Part shown: positions 27,273 through 38,925 of the stretch, piece by piece
Layout of the letters: each line of letters opens with the position of its first letter
Numbering within the stretch: the stretch's first letter is position 1
DNA from: the human T2T-CHM13v2.0 reference genome, Homo sapiens
DNA length: 64,000 nt
Direction: 5' to 3' (one strand)
Assembly: GCF_009914755.1 (NCBI RefSeq)
Contig: NC_060927.1
Position numbers and translations under genes: made by a program
The notes under the pieces: generated by a model
Told to the model about the DNA's origin: nothing
Databases searched by the model: none
The model's input: only the letters and a program-made list of their open reading frames with translations

Positions 27273-27833
27273 TGTCAGAGGTGTGTAAACCTGGGCAACT
27301 GCATCTTGAATAGGAGCTGGGTAAAATAAGGCTGAAACCTACTGGGTTGCATTCCCAGATGGTTAAGGCATTCTAAATCACAGGATGAGATAGGAGGTCG
27401 GCACAAGATACAGGTCATAAAGACCTTGCTGATAAAACAGGTTGCAGTAAAGAAGCCTGCTAAAACCCACCAAAACCAAGATGGCGACGGGAGTGACCTC
27501 CGGTCATTCTCACTGCTACACTCCCACCAGCGCCATGACAGTTTACAAATGCCATGGCAACATCAGGAAGTTACCCCATATAGTCTAAAAAGGGGAGGCA
27601 TGAATAATCCACCCCTCGTTTAGCAAACAATCAAGAAATAACCGTAAAAATGAGCAACCAGCAGCCCTCAGGGCTGCTCTGTCTATGGAGTAGCCATTCT
27701 TTTGTTCCTTTACTTTCTTAGTAAACTTGCTTTTGCTTTGCACTATGGACTTGCCCTGAATTCTTTCGTGTGTGAGATCCAGGAACCCTCTCTTGGGGTC
27801 TGGATTGGGACCGCTTTCCGCTTTCCTGTAATA
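27273..27833 (+). mobile_element. MER41A (ERV1) solo LTR
   Basis: tgtcagagg...catcttgaataggagctgggtaaaataaggctga...gaaccctctcttggggtctggattgggacc...; about 560 bp; 4-bp TSD tttt; lacks the MER41B GAS-bearing segment. Confidence 0.9.
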
Positions 27834-29925
27834 TTTTTAGAACAAAGCTGTGGCATAAATAGATGATAGAAGCAGAGATCATAATTTTCTTTAAAAGTGC
27901 TTTTGAAGTGCTATCAGTCTTCGCATGGTAAATGCACATGCCAATTTAAAACTAATCTTGCAAATATCCACCTCTTTACAAGGGGTAAGAAGGTATGTTA
28001 GAACAAACTGTTAACTGTGTTGAGGAGAACCGACTGATACATCTTCGCATGAAACCCAGTGACAAGCTCAACTCTACTGATGGAAACAAATTCAGACTCA
28101 GGATCATTCTTATGGGACTGGGGTGGCATTCACATTTGCACCAACCAAGATAGAGGAGATGTCGGGATGTTAAGAGAAAGCAGCTACAGGAACAAGACAG
28201 CGGAGACCATCTAGAAGCTCTTTAAATAACAATATAACAACATCCATTTGAACAATGTGCTAACCTCTGAGACTCTTCTAAAAGGTTTGGCAGCATCTCA
28301 TTAGCCATCAGCTTCTTACTGTAGCTAGGAAAAGTAAGAAAACTACAATTCTTTTTTTCTTTAATTCTAACACATTGACTTCTATTTGAGATAGGACAGT
28401 AGGCATTAAACCTCAGCGCAGTGGGGTACCATCAGAAGGGTTTCGAGCAGAGGAGCTATGCATGGTTTATCATCTGTTCTGTGTGCCCCCACCAGATCCA
28501 CTCTCTGCCCTTCTCCATCCTTCTCTCTATCCCAGGAGGCCGACCTCTATAAAGTTCATTCCCTGGGCCTTCCTGCTGTCTACATTTGAGTTGGGTTTAG
28601 TCAATGGAAGGTGCCAGAGGACATGGAAACAAGGAGAGGACAGACAGGCTGCGGTATTTATTCTTTATTCATTCATTCATTCATTCATTCTACTGCAGGC
28701 CTACTCCTTCATTGATTCCACTCAGGGGCTCCTGGCAGAGAGCCCTTTCCTACAGCCACAGCTTTTCCTGGGGACTGGTAACTCTTCCCTGTCTTTTCTG
28801 ATCATACTAGCTGCAGCACAGTAGAGGGTCCAGGAGGGCAAGAATAGATTTGGGGACAGTAGTTGAAAACTGTTCTATGTCCAGGAGACAGCTGGTGATG
28901 GTTTGGTCCAGGGTTTTGTAGTCTGTAGTGGCAGAGACAGAGAGAAGTAGGTAGATTATGAAAACATTAAGGAAATAAAATCTCTCAACCCATGGTCATC
29001 GATCAGACATGAGGGTGAAGAAGACTCCTGAGTTTTAGGTCTGAGAAATCTGATGGATAATGGCCATTTGCAGAGATAAGGAGCACATGGATTCCTTAAC
29101 CTCTCTCATGCAAACTTACTTCATGAGTTACTGAGTTGTGGGGAAGGACGGGAAAGATCCTCATTTTCTTTCTGCCATTCACTGTGAGATGGCAGAGGAA
29201 GCAGCACCTGGACCTGGGTAGCGGAGGGCGTTTTAGGGGGGTGTGGCTCCATGCAGTGGAAAGGACTATTTCCTTAGCATGTATTTGAATAGCAAGAGCA
29301 GCTCTAGACATCTAATCTGCATCTGCAGAAAAGTCGCATGCTATTTTTCTTACAGCTAATGAAGACAGATCAGGCAAAGCAACTTAAAAATTTCATTTTT
29401 TTTCCTAGCCCTCTTAAGTACCAGAAAAAAATAAATGTAGATATATAATTATTGTGCATTTTGAGAAAGAAAAATCTTATATGCAAAGAACGTTTTCATA
29501 AATCACGTCTATGATTTAAAAAATATGTTTTGAGCAGACACAACTGTGCTTTATTCTGCATCTGTTTCACATATACAAATGTGTCAGGTTTACATAAACC
29601 ACACTGATACAGATGAAAAATAAGGGAAGAACAAGATAAAAATAGCTCTTATGGTATCAGTAACACGTCTTTTATTATTATAATATATGATAGCATTGCA
29701 ATCAATCACACTCTTACACTGCATTGGCTAGTGACCTCGAATACCACAAAGGAAGAGCTAGCCAACATCCAGGAATCAATTCTTCCAGCTTAAAAAAAAA
29801 AAAATCTTCAGTATCATATATTTGGGTAGCTGGTGACTATTTCAAAATTGTGAAATGAATCAATCTCATCTCCCAAGTGTTCCCAGGTCCTGCTTTCAAA
29901 TGTGTTCTTTTTACATGATACTCAC

Positions 29926-30035
29926 CCAAGGCAGGAGTGGTGAAGGGAACGACAACCTGTCCCTTTTCTGATGCTGCTACACATAGATCATCTATAAATG
30001 CAACCACCAAACCAGCCACTGGTAGCTTCCTAGGC
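29926..30035 (-). other. Candidate spliced exon (110 nt) of an unidentified minus-strand transcript
   Basis: gtgttatctttcag|GCCTAGG...CCTGCCTTGG|gtgagt in unique sequence; only one of three frames is open. Confidence 0.4.
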
Positions 30036-31399
30036 CTGAAAGATAACACTGCTGATTTGTACTTTTATCAATCCTTTCTCTTACTATCCTTGACTAGCTG
30101 AGCAGATTGCAGCTGGAAAACTCAACTCATTTTTTTCCTTCAACTGAAGAAATATTTAGCTTTTATATTATGATTGTAAAAGTTGTAAGCTCTCAGGAAG
30201 ATTTTTAAAAAATATATGCAAACGATTCTAGTAAGTGAAACTCTGCTTTCTTACTCATTGACTAAAGGATGCATTTTTTTCTCATAAACTTGGATTATTT
30301 CTATTTCTCCTAATGCTTTAGCTTTACTTTGTGTGCCCCCATTAGCTCCAACCTTGAAGTCTACTGATCTATAAGAAGACACTCTACTGTTTCACCAAGG
30401 GCAAATTTACCTGGGGATAAAGGATTGTTCTGTAATGCAAATATTTACCCCAGATGATATAATATTTTACCAGTTTTGATTTTCAAATCTTGGGGTTGCT
30501 TAAAATTTTCCTGTCATCTTGTTGTCTCATTGTAAAGCCTTTGGCATTTTGTACATATGAATCAGAAGATTATTTTTCTCATTCCTGAAGGGTGACTCCA
30601 CGTAAGCATAAGATATTCCTTTGTTGTGGCTCTGTTCTAGGTGTGACACTTATCCTTTCAGTTCTAGTTTATGTTTGTTGATTTCCCTTTGCATTTTCAT
30701 GATGGTCATGTGAGGCCTCCCTGGCTAGAAAAGATGAACATTTGAACTCCGTAGCTCCTGGTTGGGCCTATTTCCTCTGACTTTTTTGTATCTACTATAG
30801 CGCAGTTCAGTAAGAAATAGGAACAATCTCATGGAGACATAAGCAGGAAAGAGAATTCTGGAGAATTCTCTTCCTTACTGCTTTCATTCCAGTCTCCCAG
30901 GGAATGCCCTCTTCCCATCTAAGAACTTACTCAAAAGGCAGTTGCTATAGAGAAAACTCCCTCCAGACCCAGCTGCTCCTGGTTTCCTATCAGTGGTTAA
31001 GAGCTCCTTCCTCCACAGTGCATTTGTAAATCACAAATGCTCTCCAGTAAGCCAGATAACAAGTTCCTGGAGGCTGAGGAGCTCTGCGCTTGTCTTCTTG
31101 AAGGGTCCTTCCTCATGATTGAATAAACATTTGGTGATTAACTGCTAGAGTTTTTATTTTGGTTTTTCCCCCTTTTAATATCTGCTCATCCATGGAAAAT
31201 GTGGATAATAAATGGAAATAAAAATTTAAAAATCAACACTGAATCTCATCACCAAGATATACTACCTTGTATCCTCAGTTCTCTTATTAGGGACATTTTC
31301 ACACAATAAAATACAACAAAATATTTTTTCCCCTCTGTGCCATGACATATCTATAGATATAAGGTGCCTAATTTGAGTTTGGGTCTACTGTATCTGGTT

Positions 31400-31950
31400 C
31401 CACTGTTAACAAGGTGAGGTCTAAGTCTACAGTGTAGCAAGATAAGTCAACAGACTGAGGAGTTCTACCAATTTCTAGTCTTTCTCCTGCTTGTGCCATC
31501 TACCATTGACTCTATGCTCCCCTAGAAAGAAAGGGAAGTCTTGAGTCTCTGAACATAAGTGAGTTTCTTTCAGTTCCCTAAACATACAATTCTCCTATTC
31601 CCTGGCTCCCAGGCTTTTGCACCTTCTATTTCCTCTGAAATGCTTTTCTCCTTTCTGATCCTCCCTCTATGCCACAGCCCCTGTGGAACTTGGCTATTTC
31701 CTGCTCAAACTTCATCCCTTCAAGATGGAGACGGGTTTCCATCTTATGTGCTTTCCTAGCACCTTATGCTTCCCCACTCAGCACGTTACATACTGATTAT
31801 AACTTGGCCTATACACCAGCTTCCCTGCAAGGTTGGGACATTCATAAAGACAAGCATTATATTTTTCTTGTCCACCATTGGATTTTTAGCACAGTGCTTC
31901 TAAATGGTGGGCATTCAATAGCATTGCTAAATAAATCAATGAATGAAAGC
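31400..31950 (+). mobile_element. L2 3' region
   Basis: ttcctaaacatac...caggcttttgcacc...tttagcacagtgct...gggcattcaata...aaatcaatgaatgaa. Confidence 0.6.
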
Positions 31951-32049
31951 ACAGAAATAAAACAATAAAGTTGAAAGATTTTCAAAGTCTTCTTTGCTTT
32001 TCCAGGAAGGCAATAGTCATTGTGCATAAAGTATTTTTCAATTAATTTG

Positions 32050-32535
32050 ATTTAAATGTCATCCACTCATTCCTTCTTCTTCCAGACACAGAAACCTAAG
32101 GTTTTGATTAGGAAATCATTGTTCCCTTCCTCTCAGGCCATGTGGATTAAATAAGGCTGACTCCATCCCTCACTTCCACGGGTATAAAGAAGACCCAAGT
32201 CAAATTAAAAGAGTGAGCCTTGAGATTTTTGAGGGTACTACTGGAGAAAAAGGATTTATCTTTCTATTGGGGTTGCTGAGTTGGTAGAATGAGGCCTGAA
32301 GCTGTTGATGGCCATCTTACTTCCACATAGGGAGAGCTTTCCTGAGAATGAAGACAACACAAAGAAAAGCAGAGCCAGGAATTACAGAGGTACAGTTTCA
32401 TAATGTCTCCATTCAAATATGTTTTCTGAAGCAATACTACCCTTGAGCTTTTGTTACTTTTATAACTTGCGGTTATAAACCTCATTTGCTTAGTTCAATT
32501 TGACTTGAGTTTTTATAACTTGATATAGAATCTTA
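32050..32535 (+). mobile_element. MLT1 (J/K-type) LTR
   Basis: gaggcctgaagctgttgatggccatctt...cctgagaatgaagacaacac...aagcagagcc...ttgcttagttcaatttgacttgagtttt. Confidence 0.65.
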
Positions 32536-33831
32536 CCCCTTTTATTCCATTCCATGCAGTATGTGTAGGAGGATTGAGGACAAGACTCCAATTAAGAGAT
32601 CCTTCCTAGACTCTCTCCAGCCATTGCTCCATCCCATAAAGCCAGGAGGAAATTGATCGCTTGGCACCTACATTCACGATGACCCACTTCTCCAAAAATT
32701 TCACCATTGGATGGCCTCTCTTGTCACGACACCAAGGCCTCAGAGGTATGAAAAACACAGACCTCACCCAGAAGAAAAAGCTTATCCTCTTTCAGAACGC
32801 ATGACTATATGTCAAGATAATGATCTTCAGCTCTGCTATGAGGAAACATTTACAAGCAGCCCCTCCAGAATCACAAAATCTACTTTGCCAGACATTCCTG
32901 GTCAGGGAGGGAACTGGAGAATCTCTTTCCTACATGACTTTTACATTCTTTTGGTTCTGAAATATGAAACTTACAAAATTTAAATTTCATCCCCAAATTC
33001 CTAAATGCCTGTGAGGTGGACCCACTGGGTTGACTTCTTATGGGCAGTACTGGCCCTTTGGCAAGAGCTGAGCCACCTTCAGGTGAAGCTGCTCTCTCTT
33101 TGAGAAACATGGATGTTCCACTTGGATGGGAAGCTCTGGGAAGATATTGTAAAACTTACTTAGGAAATAACCACAACCCTAATACCATGGACACACAACA
33201 GTCCACTTGGCAGAACACCTACCTGAGGAATTACAGAAAAAAACCTCCTAATATTCTGCTAAACATTTGAAAACCTAGCTCTATCCAAAAAGATCCTATG
33301 AATATATAGACACACTTTTGCACACAGACACAGACACACACACACAAACACACACGTATTTCTTCAAGCAGAGTAGAAAACGGCAAAGTGAATTTTTCTG
33401 GTCTGGGAATTTTTACAAAAATTCTTACAAAGATGTAAAAATTAAGTCCCATTCAGTTCAACTCATCCAGAATTCTCTTTATTGAAAATAAGAAATGTAG
33501 AGGAAATTAGGACTGTCCTAGAAGTCCTTGGGATACATGCACGGTTATATCCATGGGGTATTGCATCCCATATAGGAAGGATGAGAGGCATAAAAATGAA
33601 GCCAGGGCTTGGGTCCTATCCTCTTAAAGCAAATAGAAATCTCACTAGACACTTAAAAATCCACAATTCATTAATGCTCAATCAATTATTTGAGCTACAA
33701 AATGCTTTGACTGTCTGCAGGGCTATTTGCAAAATTAATGCCTCATGACTAGAGATACCCAGTATACACAATAGTCTTCTCTTAATAACCTATGAGATAA
33801 CTTTAATCCCAGGAAAAGGAAGACACAAATA

Positions 33832-34657
33832 CAGTCATGTGCCTGTGATCAAAGACAGACCGCATAGAAGATGATGATCCCATAAGATTATAATGGAGCT
33901 GAAAAATTCCCATCACCTAATGATGTCTTGATGATCCTGACCCTGTGTAGATCTCGGCTAATGTGTGCGCACGCGCGCGCGTGTGTGTGTGTGTGTGTTT
34001 CATAGTTTTTAACAAAAAGGTTTAAAAAGTAAAAAATATAAAAATGTTTAAAAGTAGGAAAAAGCTTTTAAACTAAGGATATAAAGAAGGAAAATTTTTG
34101 TATAACTGTACAATGTGTTTGTGTTTTAAACTATGTGGTTACAAGAGTCATAAAATTAAAAAAAGATTAAAAGTAAAATGGTTGCAGTAAGCTAAGGTTA
34201 ATTTATTGAAGAAAGAAAAACATATTTCAATAAATTTAGTGTAGCCTAAGTATACATTAATAGTATTTATAAAGTCACAGTAGTGTACAGTAATGTCCTA
34301 GGCCTTCACATTCACTCACCACTCACTAACTCACCCCAAGCAACTTCCAGTCCTGCAAACTCCATGCATAATAAATTTTATACACAGGTATAATATTTTT
34401 TATCTTTTATATCATATTGTCACTATAATTTTTCTGTGTTTAGATACACAAGTACTTACCATTCTGTTACAATTGCCTACAGTATTCAGTACAGTAACAT
34501 TCTATACAGGTTTGCTAGGAATAGGCTCTACCATATAGCCTAGGTGTGTAGTAGGCTATACCTTCTAGGTTTGTGTAAGTACACTCTATGTCATTTGCAC
34601 AATGATGAAATTGCCTATCGATGCATTTGGCAGAATGTATTAAGCAACGCATAACTG
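33832..34657 (+). mobile_element. Tigger3-family (TcMar-Tigger) non-autonomous DNA transposon
   Basis: ta|cagtcatgtgcc start, cccataagattataatggagctgaaaaattcc, cctaggccttcacattcactcaccactcact, end taagcaacgcataactg. Confidence 0.85.
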
Positions 34658-34794
34658 CGTATGAAATCATTAATGACTATGCACTTAAGTCTCTCTTCCT
34701 CCTTCCATGAAACCCATTGGGGCTGCATGTGTGATTAAACCATACCACCTCTGTTCCCAGGTCTCATGGCATGGTGGTACCTAGGCATGGCATG

Positions 34795-35010
34795 CCTAGT
34801 GGTTAGAAGCCTAGTTCCTAACTAGGATTTGGATCCCAGTTCTGCTGTTTGTCACCTGTGTGCACTTGAGAAAATCACTTAACTTTCCTAATTCTTGGCT
34901 ACCTTTTTGCATAATGATGTTGTTAATAATAGTACTTGTCTATTAGGATTGCTGACAGTGTTACATGGGATAGTGTCTATAAATTGCCAGCATTACCATT
35001 AACTTCTAAA
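34795..35010 (+). mobile_element. MIR
   Basis: ggatttggatcccagttctgct...ctgtgtgcacttgagaaaatcacttaac. Confidence 0.55.
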
Positions 35011-35900
35011 TGGTGGCTTTGTTGAGGAGTATCTTCTTGGAACTGATGTTCTCAAGGACACTGGGGAGAAAAGGCTGGTCTTAGCCACCTGATGTTCTCT
35101 CCCAACGTTAGGAGTGGAGACATTTCCAGACAGATCTGATGCTATTTTCACTGGGCTGGAATGGAATGTACCTGAACATGGAATCTTTGAAAATGACAAA
35201 CCAGGAATAAGAAGAGACATGATAAGAAGCTATAAGCCAGCAGGGCTGCTCTCAGAGGGCTGAGAGCTTCGCAGGAGAGGGGCCAGATCTGTTTGGCCCA
35301 CCACTGTTTCTGTGGTACCCTGAACAGTGCCTATCACAAACTGGGGCTTGATCAATATTTGTTAAGCAAGGGAGGAAAAGAACAAGCAAGTGATTACTGA
35401 TCAAATGCTAGTCTCCATCAGGGCCACATCCTGGAAAGTCTTGGCAATGCCACCAGTGAACACAGGCAGGGTTAAATGCCACTTTGCCTCAGCACCACAG
35501 AGGGACATTGAGGGTGACAAGTTACCTTGTTAATTAGAGCCCCTCGCTTTGTCCTGACTGGGTGGGTGAATAATAATGCAACAAGAACTTTAACAAATAA
35601 ACTCACTGCAGGTCTCAGGAGTCACCACAGCACAGTCATCACTTTCTATATATTTTCATTTATAATGATTTCCACTGGCTAATGCCCAAATAAAGGAAAA
35701 ACAAATACCTAGCAGTCAACAGTTTTGTAGCACGTGGCAGACATTTCTAATCCATTATGACACTGTATTTTTCTTTGGCTTAGTCTCAGACACTTTCTCA
35801 ATGTGACATTCCAGAGAGCCACGAGCAATCAACTGGAGCTGGCCTTTGAGGTGGGGACATTCTGTCATCTTTCTTCTCTATGGGTTTCCTTTTACACCAT

Positions 35901-36430
35901 TGTAATAGTCATTTGTTATCTTTCCTCTGCAGCATCCACTCTTCCTTTCTATGATAACATCCTAATTTTCATTTGAGGACCACTTCTCTTCCCTTCCTTA
36001 CTGTCAACCAGTGACACTGACTCCCTACCCGAGTCTGGGGCTACAGCGCATGACCAGTTGGCTTCCTCCACTCCCCTAGCCCCCGGGATTGGTTCGAGGA
36101 TGGGATGAGTCAGGCCAATCCAAGCCAATGCTCTTGGACTTTTGTTGAGCTGGTAGGGAAACTCACCCTCATTCTGGACGTGTCATAATCATGAGAACTT
36201 AGAGTAGCCAGTCAAACACCAAGGAGACTGGGAATGAAACCAACGAGGCAGCAGGCAGAGCAGAGGGATGGGGAGAAGCGAATTCTAGTGATATCATTTA
36301 AGTCCCTGGATCCAGTCATAACTGAAGTTAGATATTCCTGGACTCAAGGGTTATAAGTAAAAATGCCTTTTTTTTTTTTTTTTTGGCTTCAACTGGTCTG
36401 AACTGGATGTTCTACAATCTGAAACCACGA
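35901..36430 (+). mobile_element. MLT1K-like LTR
   Basis: cagcatccactcttcc...gattggttcgaggatggg...ggccaatc...cctggatccagtcataactgaag...cctggact. Confidence 0.65.
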
Positions 36431-36520
36431 GAATAAGACTTAAAGAAATATCTATTCTGGAACATTTCTCCAATTCTTCCAAGTTGTGGGTCCTGGGAAA
36501 AGACCCTGGAACTCCCCCTG

Positions 36521-36556
36521 CCCCCCCCCCCCCCCCCCCCCCCCACACACACACAC
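36521..36556. repeat. C24 homopolymer followed by (AC)6
   Basis: Direct count: C run at 36521-36544. Confidence 0.95.
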
Positions 36557-36929
36557 TCTCTTTGGCAACTTCGACTTGGCCTAGCTGAGGAAACTAGGCC
36601 GTCAGGGGAGGCCATCTCCTCCCAGGAGCGGGGGAGGGCACCATCTAATGCACAGAGGTGATGTCCAGATCCACAGAGGTGGATTGGGCCTCATAAGCCT
36701 GGAGTCTGACTAGGCATCTACAGCTGGGATTTCCTCCCCATCCTCCTGGCCACATGAATGTCATCGGTGCTTAGAAATTCCACCTTCCAGAAATATCGTT
36801 TCTAAATCTGCCAACTCCGACTATTTAAAATTCTTCAACTAAACCCTTTGGGAAAGTGAGAGCAGAGCTAAACCTCAACTCTACATCCTGAACTACACCC
36901 ATGAGCAAGCAGCATTAGCCCATTTCCTT

Positions 36930-37250
36930 CTCATTTGTTCATTTCTCATATATTCAGAAAATACTTTTCAGTGCCTCTGGGAGTCAAGCACTGGTCTCAC
37001 TGTTTAGAAGATATCAGTGGGCAAAATAAAGCCTCTGCCTCATGGAGCTTACGTTCTAGAGACAGAGATAGGCAAACAACAATAAACATGACAATAATTC
37101 CATTATGTAGAGTATTGGAAGGTGACGAGTGTCACCGGAAAAAACAGAACAGGCTAAGAGCCATCGATGATGCAGTTTTAACCTTTTAAACAAGATGTCA
37201 AGGTGGGCTTCCCTGGCAGTGTGACACTGGATTCTAACCTGAAGGACTGA
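36930..37250 (-). mobile_element. L2 3' fragment
   Basis: catttgttcatt...attcagaaaatacttttcagtgcct...ctctgcctcatggagcttacgttctag. Confidence 0.65.
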
Positions 37251-37449
37251 TGCATGCAGAAAGTCAGGTCACCCAGGCAGAAAGGGGCCAGTTTCTTAGA
37301 ACTGTATCCCAAGTTCTTGAACTTCTGAACTTCGCACTTTGTTTCTATCAGCCAGTATTTGTCAGCAGTTCAGGGCTATATCTAAATACAGACCAGTTCA
37401 ACTCAATTTTTTTTTTATGCTTTAAGTGTTTAGGGAGGGGAAAGGTGAA

Positions 37450-38060
37450 AACTGCTTAATTTGGCCTCGAGCAGCTGGGGAGTGAGGCTGGTGGGAGGCA
37501 TGCCAACCTCGCAGTTTGCCTTAATGCCGCCCTGCTGGGCATCGATTCCATAAATGTCTAGAAAACAGTCAGTACTAAAGGATTCTGACAAATGAGGGAG
37601 CCAGCAGCAACACCTAATAGGAATTTTTTTTTCTGTATTTTCTATATTTTCTTTCTCAGTAGCAGCTGGAGACGCTGCCTCTGTCAGGGCCAGAGACTGG
37701 CAGATCCTGGAGTCCTGGGCCTGGGGATGCCCACTGGGAAGGGACCTCCTTGGCACTCAGTGGCCAGAGGGCAGGGGTTCTGTGAGCTGGGCATCCTTCC
37801 CATGTGTGTTTAGGCTTTTTCATTCCTGAGCTGTCCTCCCTCTGGCCCTCCTACTTGACAGAGATTTATGTGCCCGCGTCACACTCACTCCTTAAAGGAT
37901 TTATGGATCCTTTAAGGAAAACATAAAACAAATCTCAAGGATTTGGGAGGGAGGGGCCGGTCCTGGGTTCCTGTGGAGAAAGTCAGAGGCATCTACAAAC
38001 AACCTCCGCTGGCTCAAGGTGCATCTTGCGGCTGGAGGCCAAATCCCTGCCCTGTCAAAG
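37450..38060. promoter_or_regulatory. Candidate developmental enhancer (HOX/CDX TTTATG plus MEIS TGACAG motif cluster)
   Basis: ATTTATGG on the minus strand at 37548, TGACAG directly followed by AGATTTATG at 37856-37870, GGATTTATGG at 37897, CTGTCA at 37681; unique sequence with retained CpGs. Motif-based only. Confidence 0.3.
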
Positions 38061-38244
38061 CCGGCCACAGCCACCAGACTGGGACTCAGTCAGAGGCAGC
38101 TTTGGAGTGTCCCTTCATGAGACTCTAACCAAGGAGGCTGCACACCTCCCATGTGTCTACCGAAGGTCCAGTGAGGGAGTAGGGTGGGAAGAAACTGCCC
38201 TGCGGCCAGTGGGGCTGGACCTCTGGCCTCAGAGAGGTGCAGGT

Positions 38245-38405
38245 TAGAGTCAGCTCCCCGTATCCATGAGACCTTGGGCAAGTTCACTACCTCTTCTGCC
38301 TCTCCCCATCTGTGAAATGCAGTAATCATAGTTACAGAGAGAATGAAATGATCCAGAGCTTAGAAAGTCTTTTGTCCCCTTCTGGGCATATCATAAGCAC
38401 TAACA
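38245..38405 (+). mobile_element. MIR
   Basis: gagaccttgggcaagttcactacctcttctgcctctccccatctgtgaaatg. Confidence 0.65.
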
Positions 38406-38865
38406 TATCATTTGCCAACGTTATGGTTATTATTAGATAACAACAGATGCATGCACACACCAAACACACAGCACTGCCCGGAACCTGCAGGCTCGCTCCG
38501 TCTCTGAAAATTTTTCTTTGGAGCAGTCCCTTTGGAATGCGATGAATAAAACCCTCCGTTTTATTACTTTATTTTTATTCTGCGAATCTGTTGGGGTGAT
38601 GTGACTTGTACCACCAGTGCTGGCTATAACCGGGCAGTTAACCTGTCTCTTCATGGAGAGTATAAACTACGCACGTTGGCACCAGCCCAAGGCCTGGGAG
38701 AAATCAGGTTGTGAAAACAGTCTTTAATAAAAATATTCCCCTTCTCCTCCACATCATGACCTGGTCCTCATTCCAGCACTAAGGACACATTGATTTTTTT
38801 AACCAAGTCCAGTGGGAATTATCAAAAGATAAATCATGTAGGTCCGTGCTCGACACCGTAGGATA

Positions 38866-38887
38866 CAACACACAGACACATCACACA

Positions 38888-38922
<35 letters not shown>
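38866..38922. repeat. (CA)n microsatellite
   Basis: Direct inspection. Confidence 0.95.

Positions 38923-38925
<3 letters not shown>

Noticed and set aside
28465-28795. Probable ancient ERVL-type LTR inside an L2
   Set aside because: Looks repeat-derived, but I could not assign family or boundaries with confidence.
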